Part shown: one piece after another, positions 7,788 to 16,170 of the stretch
Layout of the letters: each line of letters starts with the position of its first letter
How positions within the stretch are numbered: the stretch's first letter is position 1
IMG/VR virus record: IMGVR_UViG_3300020044_009089
Location: 1-33,085 of that record
Strand: one strand, 5' to 3'
Length of the DNA stretch: 33,085 nucleotides
DNA from: a virus
Lineage: Duplodnaviria > Caudoviricetes
Notes under the pieces: model-generated
The model's input: the letters and a program-made list of their open reading frames with translations, nothing else
Databases searched by the model: none
Told to the model about the DNA's origin: nothing
Program-made: the position numbers and the translations under genes

Positions 7788-9101
7788 TTATGGTTTTGGT
7801 AAGGGTGTGCCGAGCACCATGGCCGAGGCTATTTGTTGGTCAATTCCATAAACGGCCACTAAAAAGTTTATTTTTTGCGGCGCTGTCATTTCTGGGCTTG
7901 TTATGATTGATTGCATCGTAACAAGTTTACCGACCTCTAAAGTTGCACCAATGGGTTGGAAGGTTTGCACCTCCTCAAGTCCGGTCAGAGGCACCACCGT
8001 GTAGTTGCCGTCGGGTTGCGGGTTGCCATAGGCCCACCGGTCAAGCACTGGCTTAAAGGTGTAGGCTAGGGCGGTGCGGTCGTCGGCGGTGCGCATGTCG
8101 TAGTTGAGCTGCGCCTCCTCCCACTCTTTGCCTAGCCCTAGGCTGCCACCTTGGTGGATGGCGTGCAGCATAAGCGGCTGGCCGTAGCTCCTTATGATAT
8201 TTTCGCGCACACTAGACTCGGTCAGCTCGTAGACCTTGTCGTTGTCTTGCTTTTGTATAGGTATTATTTCGGGCTTACTTGCCGGTACCGGGCACTCGAC
8301 CACTAGCACCTTGTGGCTGTTGTCGACGCCTTGGAAGCTGTTGACCGCATCGACGTAGGCCTGGCGCTCGGTTTCGGTAGCGAACTCGCCGTTGAACACC
8401 CAAAAGTAGGATGCCATAAAGTCGTTGCTGATGCCCCTAAACTTCCACATTTTGATGCCGGCGTCGGTGAGCACGTCCTCGAAAACGGGGTCGGACACCG
8501 CAGGCGGGTACACAAGGTGGCCCTTTTCGCTGAAGTACAGCAGCTGCCCGCGCCACTGGTCGAAGCCACCAGCCCGCTCAATTTGCTCTTGCATGTGCAG
8601 CGGGTCGTCGGTATAAAGGTCGATTTCCACGATGTCCTTACGGTTGAAACTCTTGCCGCTTTCGCGTGCCCAGTCCGGGTGTAACTTAGCCGTGTAGACG
8701 TAGCCATGCTCGTCGGGCAAGCTGAGCCGCACGTACTCGAAAGGCACGTGCTTAATGCCGACCGGCTCGAGCATGGCGTTGTAGCTGATATGGTACGCCC
8801 AGCCCATGTACATGGCGCGGTCGTAGCTCAGCAGGCGGTGAACCTCGCCCAAGGTTTGGCCCTTTTCGTTCACCACCAGGTCCTCAAGCGCCGCCGATTG
8901 GTAGCCGCGCCCGCGTAGGTGCTTTTGCAGCAGGTTGGTGCACGCCGTACCGGTCGCGCTGCTGTTGATTGCGTTGCGCACCCGCTGCGGGTAGATGTTG
9001 TCGAGGTCGTACACCTGCACCGCCAGGCTCTTGTCGTCACGGTTGACGATGCGCTTGGTGGCGAAGCTGGGCACCGCTATGCGGCTGTGCTGGTCGTGCA
9101 T
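7788..9101 (-). CDS. Portal protein (437 aa)
   Basis: YDLDNIYPQ...SSAT..AC, HVPFEYVRL, FQGVDNSHK and IIRSYGQP motifs of Bacteroidota phage portals. Confidence 0.8.
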   Translation of the reverse strand: MHDQHSRIAVPSFATKRIVNRDDKSLAVQVYDLDNIYPQRVRNAINSSATGTACTNLLQKHLRGRGYQSAALEDLVVNEKGQTLGEVHRLLSYDRAMYMGWAYHISYNAMLEPVGIKHVPFEYVRLSLPDEHGYVYTAKLHPDWARESGKSFNRKDIVEIDLYTDDPLHMQEQIERAGGFDQWRGQLLYFSEKGHLVYPPAVSDPVFEDVLTDAGIKMWKFRGISNDFMASYFWVFNGEFATETERQAYVDAVNSFQGVDNSHKVLVVECPVPASKPEIIPIQKQDNDKVYELTESSVRENIIRSYGQPLMLHAIHQGGSLGLGKEWEEAQLNYDMRTADDRTALAYTFKPVLDRWAYGNPQPDGNYTVVPLTGLEEVQTFQPIGATLEVGKLVTMQSIITSPEMTAPQKINFLVAVYGIDQQIASAMVLGTPLPKP

Positions 9102-9104
9102 GGT

Positions 9105-9707
9105 TTAAGTCGTTTTCGTTTTGGCCTTTTTGGCCTTTTTGGCGGGTTTTTTCACCACCGCCGGGGTGTTGGGCTTCGCCGGTGCTGATTTCGCAGCTGG
9201 CGCGACCTTTGGGGCTTCCTGGGCCACCTCAGCCACCGGCACCACCGCCGGCTCGGGTTGCTTTTCGGGGGCGTTGCCTACCTTGACCGCCTTGGCAGCT
9301 GTCACGGTGTAGGGTGTGTCCTCGCCCGCCTCGGTTTTGATTGTAAAAAAGGCGGCGTTTTTTGGGTTTTCGGCGATTATGGCCTCGGCCACCTCGTCGG
9401 TGCAGTTCAAATAGGTCACCATGAGTCGCAGCTTTGCGCTGTACACTCTGGCTCCTCGTTTCATGTTGTATGTCATAAGTTCGTCGGCTTTTGTTACCAC
9501 GTCAAAGCGCCCAGCGGTACGCTTGAGCAGCCAGTTGAGCTTGCCGATGGCCGCCTCGATGTCACCAGGGCAGCCCATGCAGGCCGGCTGCCACCCGAAG
9601 GCGTAGCCGAACAGCTCAAGGAAGCCCTCACGTATCGGTTGACGTGTGACCACGCTGTACACGTTGACCGTGCGCATAAACTCCAGGGCGTCTTGTAGTG
9701 GTTTCAT
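9105..9707 (-). CDS. Hypothetical protein with CxxC and a Lys/Ala/Pro-rich C-terminal tail (200 aa)
   Basis: Start MKPLQD at 9707, four nt after TACCTTCG; ACMGC motif; KKPAKKAKKAKTK tail. Confidence 0.7.
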   Translation of the reverse strand: MKPLQDALEFMRTVNVYSVVTRQPIREGFLELFGYAFGWQPACMGCPGDIEAAIGKLNWLLKRTAGRFDVVTKADELMTYNMKRGARVYSAKLRLMVTYLNCTDEVAEAIIAENPKNAAFFTIKTEAGEDTPYTVTAAKAVKVGNAPEKQPEPAVVPVAEVAQEAPKVAPAAKSAPAKPNTPAVVKKPAKKAKKAKTKTT

Positions 9708-9718
9708 GTGCCGAAGGT

Positions 9719-9755
9719 AAAAAAAAAGGGGAGGGGCAAGGCCCACCCCCTTTTT
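9719..9755 (-). terminator. Intrinsic terminator after the tail tube gene, overlapping a promoter for the portal operon
   Basis: AAAAAGGGGGTGGGC-ctt-GCCCCTCCCTTTTTTTTT; TACCTTCG at 9712-9719. Confidence 0.8.
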
Positions 9756-9770
9756 ATGGTGTCGGTTGGC

Positions 9771-10520
9771 TTACAGCAGCGCTGCGATGGCAGCGTCGGT
9801 CGTTGCCATGTCGGTGTCAAAGAACGTCACCGGGGGCTTTGCCTCGCGTGCGTACTCTTGCGTCTTGAGGCTAATTTTGTAAGCGCCCAAGGTTTCAGCG
9901 TCGAGCGGGTTGCGCTCCATGGTTTCAGCCTTGAGGCCTCCACCGATGCCGTATACCTCGTACTTGGTGTTGCCGTTGGCGCCCGTGTAGTTGTTTTCCA
10001 CGATGCAAACAAAGTTGCCGTCCTTCATGTTGAGGATTTGCTCCTTTGTGGTCGGGTCGAGCTTAAAAATTAGGAAGCCCACCGTGTGCTCGTACTGATT
10101 GATGTACTTGCCCTTGACCATGGCGAAGGTCGGCTCGGTAGATTGCAGCTGCCCCTCGAAGGTAAAGAAGGTTTTTGCCGCCTTCATGGTGATGCCGTCG
10201 ACCAGCATGGGGTTGGTGACGTCGTAGCTGATTGTGTCGATGTCCTCTTTGTTGGCGATGTAGAACGTCGCCACCACACCGCTCTCGATCGGGTCGTTGC
10301 AGTTGAGGGTGATGCCGGAGGTGATTGCTCCGCAGGTGAAGGCCATGCTGCGCTGGTCGCGCGGCGAATAGCCGTAGGTCAAGGCAAGGCTGCCGGCGAA
10401 GCTCACGGCGGTGATGACCCAGCTGGTCACCACGTCACCGCCACCGACCAAGGTACCGAACAACACCGCGAAGGTGATGCCGGCCAGCAGGCTGTAAACT
10501 ATTTTTAGGGTGTTTCTCAT
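9771..10520 (-). CDS. Probable major tail tube protein with an N-terminal two-TM extension
   Basis: From Met59 (MAFTCGAITSGITLNCNDPIESGV...YEVYG..GLK) it resembles Bacteroidota siphovirus tube proteins. It follows the capsid gene and precedes a terminator. Confidence 0.65.
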   Translation of the reverse strand: MRNTLKIVYSLLAGITFAVLFGTLVGGGDVVTSWVITAVSFAGSLALTYGYSPRDQRSMAFTCGAITSGITLNCNDPIESGVVATFYIANKEDIDTISYDVTNPMLVDGITMKAAKTFFTFEGQLQSTEPTFAMVKGKYINQYEHTVGFLIFKLDPTTKEQILNMKDGNFVCIVENNYTGANGNTKYEVYGIGGGLKAETMERNPLDAETLGAYKISLKTQEYAREAKPPVTFFDTDMATTDAAIAALL

Positions 10521-10539
10521 GTCGTGCTGTTTTTGTCGA

Positions 10540-11631
10540 TTAGTAAGCTGATTGAATCATGCTGTCGATGCCGACCTTGGCGTCGATGGCTGCGCCGAAC
10601 TTGGCCACCATGACCTCGTTGTCACGTGAATACCAAGCGTCGAGCTCGCTGAGGCTGCCGGTTGTTTCAACACCCAGCAGCAGGTTGGTCTTGGCGGTGA
10701 GCAGGATGCGGTGGGGCAATACGCTGAAGGTAGGCGTGACGTCGTCACCGAAGTATGAGCTGATCATGCGGTCCCAAAGTTGCATAGGCTGCACGGCAAT
10801 GCCGTTCCAGGTGAGGGTGCTGATGCCGTTCTCTTGGCGCGTGTAGGGCAGGTCGATGCCGCTGATGGCCTTGCGCTCCTTTTCGAGCTGGTCGTACACG
10901 GACTGGGTCACGTAGTAGGCCAGGTCGGCTTTTGGCATACTGCGCAGGCGCATGTCGGCGTCGTACCAAACTGAGTCAAGCGCCAAGCTCACCACCTGGT
11001 TGGTGATGTCGGTGCTGTTGAACTTTTGCAGCGCGTAGGTAATTTGCGCGTTTTTGGTGGTAAGGCCGGTAGTCGATTTGCGTGCAGCCGTAGCCGTCAC
11101 GATGTCGAACACCTGCGCCCAGATGCCGTCGATGGCGTTAAAATATACCTGCTGGCCTGCGCTCAAGCTGTTGTTGGTGCCGGCCACGATGCCGGTGTCA
11201 CCGAACCAGTAAAAGCGTTGCATGACCTCGGCCAGGGCGTCTTGAAGTTGCGACACGATAAAGGCCGCCAGCTCGGTGCTGGTGAAGTCGCTCTTGTTTA
11301 CACCCGCTTGCAGCATCCACTGCACAAAGGTGTCCATGAAGGTGCCGTAGCACTGCTCGAAGCGGTCGCCGATGTACTTGGGTGTCCAGGTTTTCTCGAC
11401 CGTGTCGAAGCCCCAGGTGCTGTTGGTCGGCGTCGGGCAGGCGTTTTGCAGCTTGCCGCTGAGGCCGGTATGGCGGTCGAAAATGATGAGCTGCTTGTCA
11501 GCTTTGATGCCTTCCTGCACTGTCACCAGTGAGGTCAAGGTGGGGTCGGCAAAGAAGCCCTCAAAAAGGGTTTCGGCCATGGTCGTCACCTGCTGAGGCG
11601 ACAACGCGGGGAGGTTGTTAATTAGTGCCAT
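10540..11631 (-). CDS. Major capsid protein (363 aa)
   Basis: Follows the Clp protease; size, RFYWFGDT and AIDGIW motifs, and strongly C-ending codon usage. Confidence 0.8.
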   Translation of the reverse strand: MALINNLPALSPQQVTTMAETLFEGFFADPTLTSLVTVQEGIKADKQLIIFDRHTGLSGKLQNACPTPTNSTWGFDTVEKTWTPKYIGDRFEQCYGTFMDTFVQWMLQAGVNKSDFTSTELAAFIVSQLQDALAEVMQRFYWFGDTGIVAGTNNSLSAGQQVYFNAIDGIWAQVFDIVTATAARKSTTGLTTKNAQITYALQKFNSTDITNQVVSLALDSVWYDADMRLRSMPKADLAYYVTQSVYDQLEKERKAISGIDLPYTRQENGISTLTWNGIAVQPMQLWDRMISSYFGDDVTPTFSVLPHRILLTAKTNLLLGVETTGSLSELDAWYSRDNEVMVAKFGAAIDAKVGIDSMIQSAY

Positions 11632-11664
11632 GTTTGTTAGTTGTCTTTTTTGCTTTTTAGGTGA

Positions 11665-12759
11665 TTAGATGGCTACGGTGCCGCGCTTTTTAGTCTTAGC
11701 TTGAAGCTCGAGCAGGCGTGCTTTGATTTCGTCTTTTGTTGGCTCGACCACTACCGGGCCGGTGGCGCTGGTGCGGTTGAAGCTGGCAGCCTTGGCGGGC
11801 ACCTGGGCGGTGACCTTCAGCTTGCGCAGGTGGTTAGTGATGACCTCGAGGTTGGTGATGGCCTCGGTGTTTTCGGCCTTGAGGCTTGCAACCTCGTCTT
11901 GCAGCGCAGCAATTTGCGCTTTGAGGTCCTCGACCTCGCCGGCTTCGGGTGCTTCCTCAACCGTCGGTACTTTTACCTCGGTAATGATACCACCGTCCAC
12001 GATTACGATGTGACCGTCGGCTAGTATAAACTCGCCGGTGGCGGGCTCGCCGTTGAGGGTCACCGCGTCGCCGACTGCGATCATTTCGCCGGCCATGGTG
12101 ATGTCAAGCTCTTGGCCGTCCATGGTCATTACTTTGTCGTTAAAAATTACGCCGCTGGCACGTAGTGCGGTGAAGGCGTCCTTGATGATTTTGCCTACTT
12201 TGCTCATGTTGTTGTTTGTTGTTTGCTTTGGGTTTTTTATAGTCGCGTAGGCCTGCACCGGCGTGAGCACGTCGGTAGCGAAGCGCAGCTCTTGGGCTGT
12301 TTCGGCGCTTATCATGCGGTCGAGCGCCATGAGGTCGCGCAGGGTGTCGTGGTCGGCTCCGGTGTGTAGTGCGTAGAAGCTCACCAGCCCCTGCTCGATT
12401 TCGCGAAGCTCGGCGGCCTTGCGCTCAAGCTCTGACGCGTCGCCCTCGCCGAAGGTCCACGGATTGTGGATTAAAAACTGGGTTGAGGGGTACAGCTCGC
12501 GCTTGCGTCCGGCCATAAAAATGACCGTTGCAATAGATGCCACTAGGCCGATGCCGCGTGTGGTCACCGGCTTGCCGAGGCCCACTAGGTAGTTGTGGAT
12601 GGCGTAGCCTTCCGTCACCTCGCCGCCGGGGCTGTTTATGTTTACCAAAAACTCCTTGGCTCGGGGCTGTGCAGCCACCTGCTCCATGACCGACGCAAGG
12701 CTGACGGGGCCGAAGCTGCCCACGTCGCCGATGATGTTTATGATGCCAGGCTTTGCCAT
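11665..12759 (-). CDS. ClpP-type head maturation protease with C-terminal scaffold coiled coil
   Basis: INSPGGEV..G..I, GLVASIATVIFMAG (Ser) and FLIHNPW (His); coiled coil LKAQIAALQDEVASLKAE. Confidence 0.9.
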   Translation of the reverse strand: MAKPGIINIIGDVGSFGPVSLASVMEQVAAQPRAKEFLVNINSPGGEVTEGYAIHNYLVGLGKPVTTRGIGLVASIATVIFMAGRKRELYPSTQFLIHNPWTFGEGDASELERKAAELREIEQGLVSFYALHTGADHDTLRDLMALDRMISAETAQELRFATDVLTPVQAYATIKNPKQTTNNNMSKVGKIIKDAFTALRASGVIFNDKVMTMDGQELDITMAGEMIAVGDAVTLNGEPATGEFILADGHIVIVDGGIITEVKVPTVEEAPEAGEVEDLKAQIAALQDEVASLKAENTEAITNLEVITNHLRKLKVTAQVPAKAASFNRTSATGPVVVEPTKDEIKARLLELQAKTKKRGTVAI

Positions 12760-12767
12760 ATAGCGGA

Positions 12768-12775
12768 CAAATGTA
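12768..12775 (-). promoter_or_regulatory. TAnnTTTG -7 promoter element for the protease-capsid-tube operon
   Basis: TACATTTG eight nt before the ATG at 12759. Confidence 0.65.
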
Positions 12776-12782
12776 TAGGATT

Positions 12783-13076
12783 TCAGCGTGTAGCGGTTGC
12801 ACCGCTTTGCACTTGAAGCGGTAGCTCCATGAGGTTGATGGCGCGGTACACGGTGGCGGTGCTCACCCGGTACTCCTCGGCCACTTGTATTATTATGACC
12901 TTGCGCGGTGTGCGCTTGAGGCGGCGCTGTTTTTCCTTGACGCGCACGTACATGTCGAGGTAGGCCACGGCCTTGGGGCCGATGAGCCCGCTGCGCACAA
13001 AAGCGGTCAGCGTGCCGTCGGCCCGCATAGCGCTGAGGTGGTCAAAGATTAGCGCGGCTTTCAATGACTGCGACAC
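12783..13076 (-). CDS. Small HTH protein (Mor-like/late regulator candidate); start uncertain
   Basis: C-terminal helix-turn-helix IQVAEEYRVSTATVYRAIN. Confidence 0.6.
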   Translation of the reverse strand: MSQSLKAALIFDHLSAMRADGTLTAFVRSGLIGPKAVAYLDMYVRVKEKQRRLKRTPRKVIIIQVAEEYRVSTATVYRAINLMELPLQVQSGATATR

Positions 13077-16000
13077 GGTTGGTGACGTCGTTGATTTCGG
13101 TGACGGCCACCACGGGGGCGGGCGCCTTCATGTAGCCACGTGCTACTGCGTCCTCGATGGCGTTGGCCGTGTTGAGTAGCGGCTGGGTGATAGCCGCAGC
13201 GGTAAGGCCGCCGTCGGCGAAGGGTCGCACGCCGGTGGTGCGCCAGGTTTCCAGCGCCGCGAATAGCCCCGGCGCTTGACGTAGCTGCCAGGTGGGGGTC
13301 ACGTACTCCGGCCCCGCCTCGCCGGCAAGGTTGAAGCGCCCACGCCCCGGCCAAAGGGTCGGCCCGTTGACGTAGCCACCGGCGAAGCCTGCGGCCATGC
13401 GGGGCTTGTACTGATTGACCACCTCGCCCAGGTTGGTCATACCACCGGTGGCGAACTTTTGCGCGTTAATGGCTGAGATGCCGGCGCCTGCTCTTATGAT
13501 TGCTAGCCCGGTACGGAGTCCCGCCAGGATAGTCGCCGGTATGCCGGCCACGATGCTCTTGCTGCTGTCACTGCCGGCGCCCGCCCAGTAGCCTGCGATT
13601 TCCTTGTAAAGGTTAAAGGTGATTTCGGCCACGCCCAGCGCCTTGAGGACTGCCGCGTACTTTTTGCGGCTCTTTTCGTCTTGGGCAAGGATGCCGGCCA
13701 CCTCCTTGAGGGTGCTTTGTAGTGCGTCGACGTTTTCCCGTGCGCCTTGGCGTTGCAGCGCTAGCAGGTTGCCGGTTTGCTCGGTGCGCGTTTTTTCGCC
13801 GTCCACCAGCGCCTGGTTGAGCGCCGCTTGCGTACCTTGGATGGCGGTGCTTGTTTCCTGCTCGGTCTTGAGCCGTTGGTCGTTGCGTGCTTTGTCGATT
13901 ACGTCTAGCTGTGTTTTGATGGCTTCCTGGGCCACGCCGGCAGCTTTGAGCTGCTCCTCGGTGCGCGTGCGGTTGGCTTGGTATGCCGCCTCCTCGTTGG
14001 CCACGCGTGCCGCTTGCGCAGCCACTTGGGCGGCTAGGATTGCTTGAAGCCTTGCCTGCTCGATGGCTACGCTTTCGGCTGCCGCCTGCCGTTGGAATTC
14101 TAGCTCGGCAGCGGTGCGTTGCTCGACCGGCTTGGCGTCAATAGCTGCCAGCTGAAGCTCGAGCTGCTGCCGCTTAAGGGTCGCCTCGGCGTCAATGTTT
14201 CGGGTGGTCTGGTCGAGCGCCCGCTGTGCCGCCTCCGCTTGCCGCTGCTCGCTTTGCGCTTGATAGTTTTGCTCGATTTGCAGCAGCCGGTTGGCGTTTT
14301 CCTGCACGATGGCCTCGCGCAGCTTGGCGTCCTCGGCGGTCTTAGTGGTGCGCTTGTCGAAGTCGGCAAGCTCGCGGCGTAGGGTTTCGGCGGCGATGGC
14401 CAGCTCCTTTTCCTTGCTGTCACCGAATAGCGCCACCTGCTTGTCGAAGGCCGCACGGCGCACCGCCTCGCGGGCGTTTTCCGTTTCCTGGTCGATGGCC
14501 AGCACCTTGGCTTGGTACGCCTTTTCGATGGCCTCACGGCTTGCGGTGCCCTCGCTGAGCGCCGCCAGCGCGGCCTTTTTTTCCTCCTCGGCGATGCGCT
14601 TGCGGATGGCCACCGTGTCGTCGCCCTTGGCTTGGAGCAGGGCAAGCTCGGCCTGCGCCTCGGCCACCAAGAAGGCGGCACGCTGGGCAGCGAAGTCGCG
14701 CTGGAGGGTGCGCTCTTTGATGTTCGCGTCGGCTACCTTTCCGGCGGTTTCCGCTTTGATGCTTGCCACCTCGGCCTCGCCGGCGGCGATGTCGTTAAGC
14801 AGCTCCTCACTTGCCCCGTTGATGCGCAGCTCCTCGCGCTTTATTGCAAGGGTTTCCTCTGCTATCTTAAGGCGTCGCGCCTCGACCTGCTGCTCAAGGG
14901 CTGCCGCATCGCGTAGCGCTTGGATGCGCTGCTCCTCGCTGAGGCTGCGATCCTCGGCTAGCTTGACAAGGTTCTCGGCGGCGCTTTTGTCCTTGACGTC
15001 TTGCGCGGCGCTTGCCCGCTTCAGCTCGGCCACTTTTTGGGTGCGCTTTTCAAGGTCGGCGGCGTCCTTGGCCGCCTGCACTGCCGACGCCCCGGCCTCC
15101 TTAAAGCCGGCAGCTACGGCCTTGACCGGTGCCACCGCGTTGCTCACGGCCTTGCCCACTTGGTCAGCGCCCTCTTTGATGGCTTGCGGGTCAAGGGTGA
15201 ACACGCCCTTGATGACCTTGCCGATGCCGAGCCACGCCTTTACGTAGGTGTTTTGCAGGTAGTCGATGACCTTCCTGCCGGTTTCAATCGGCGATGTGAA
15301 CACGCTGATGAGCTGCCCGCCGAGCTTGCCTAGGAATTGCAGCAGGTTGTTGACCGCGCCACCGATGGCGGCGAAGGCCACCTTTATCTGGCGGCTGCCC
15401 TCGAGGGTCTTGGTGAAGTAGGCCACCAAGCTACCCACCAGCACCACCAGGGCACCGATGCCGGTGCTGATTATGCCGGTGCGCAGCAGCTTCATGGCGT
15501 TGGCACCAAGGCCTCCGGCGCTCTTGAGGCTTTCGCCGATGCCGGTCACGTTTTCCTTGAGCCCGCCCGCCGCGCTTTTCACGGCCTCGAAGCCCTCACT
15601 GACCGCCACCAGGGACGCACCGGCAGGGCCAAGGCTCTTGCCAAGGCCGCCGAGCTTGCCGATGGCGCCCTCGATGGCCTGCGAATAGTTGCCCACGTTC
15701 AGCCGCCCGTCCTTTATGCCGGCGTTGAACTCTAGCAGGCCGTCCTTGAGGCGTCGCACCTCGTCGCTGGCCGCTTTGTAGTCGTCGGTCAGCTCGACGG
15801 TGCCGTCGGCGTTGCGCTGCACGGTGTCGGCTAGGGTCTTGAGCCGGATTTCGGCATCCACGTACTGCCGGTAAAGCTCCTCGTAGGAGCCGGCTGCCGC
15901 CTTGTTGGCCTTGGTGGCGTTGTCGACCTGCTTTTCGTATTGCTTCAGCTCGGTGTTGGCGTCGCGCAGGGCGGCCTCGTTGGCTGCCAGCGCCACGTTG

Positions 16001-16167
16001 AGGTCGTCGAGGTTGTCACCGGCTGCCGCCGCCTGCTCGATGCTTGCCTTCAGCTCCAGGTTGGCGGCCTTCAGCTGGCCCACCTTGGCCTTGGCGTCGA
16101 CCACGTTTTTGAGGTATGCGCCCGTTTCGAGCTTTAGGTCAACAATGACTACTTTACGTTCAGCCAT
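13042..16167 (-). CDS. Tail tape measure protein (1041 aa)
   Basis: Long Ala/Glu/Lys/Gln-rich helical protein; RLNVGNY, ISTGIGALVVLVGSL and KFATGG...GEAGPEYV motifs. Confidence 0.9.
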   Translation of the reverse strand: MAERKVVIVDLKLETGAYLKNVVDAKAKVGQLKAANLELKASIEQAAAAGDNLDDLNVALAANEAALRDANTELKQYEKQVDNATKANKAAAGSYEELYRQYVDAEIRLKTLADTVQRNADGTVELTDDYKAASDEVRRLKDGLLEFNAGIKDGRLNVGNYSQAIEGAIGKLGGLGKSLGPAGASLVAVSEGFEAVKSAAGGLKENVTGIGESLKSAGGLGANAMKLLRTGIISTGIGALVVLVGSLVAYFTKTLEGSRQIKVAFAAIGGAVNNLLQFLGKLGGQLISVFTSPIETGRKVIDYLQNTYVKAWLGIGKVIKGVFTLDPQAIKEGADQVGKAVSNAVAPVKAVAAGFKEAGASAVQAAKDAADLEKRTQKVAELKRASAAQDVKDKSAAENLVKLAEDRSLSEEQRIQALRDAAALEQQVEARRLKIAEETLAIKREELRINGASEELLNDIAAGEAEVASIKAETAGKVADANIKERTLQRDFAAQRAAFLVAEAQAELALLQAKGDDTVAIRKRIAEEEKKAALAALSEGTASREAIEKAYQAKVLAIDQETENAREAVRRAAFDKQVALFGDSKEKELAIAAETLRRELADFDKRTTKTAEDAKLREAIVQENANRLLQIEQNYQAQSEQRQAEAAQRALDQTTRNIDAEATLKRQQLELQLAAIDAKPVEQRTAAELEFQRQAAAESVAIEQARLQAILAAQVAAQAARVANEEAAYQANRTRTEEQLKAAGVAQEAIKTQLDVIDKARNDQRLKTEQETSTAIQGTQAALNQALVDGEKTRTEQTGNLLALQRQGARENVDALQSTLKEVAGILAQDEKSRKKYAAVLKALGVAEITFNLYKEIAGYWAGAGSDSSKSIVAGIPATILAGLRTGLAIIRAGAGISAINAQKFATGGMTNLGEVVNQYKPRMAAGFAGGYVNGPTLWPGRGRFNLAGEAGPEYVTPTWQLRQAPGLFAALETWRTTGVRPFADGGLTAAAITQPLLNTANAIEDAVARGYMKAPAPVVAVTEINDVTNRVAVIESRANL

Positions 16168-16170
16168 GGG

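Noticed and set aside
7779-7800. Adaptor gene start as an additional sRNA target (TGGTTTTGGT at 7791-7800)
   Set aside because: The two matching halves are in the wrong order for one continuous duplex, and the match may reflect the general A/C-rich start bias.
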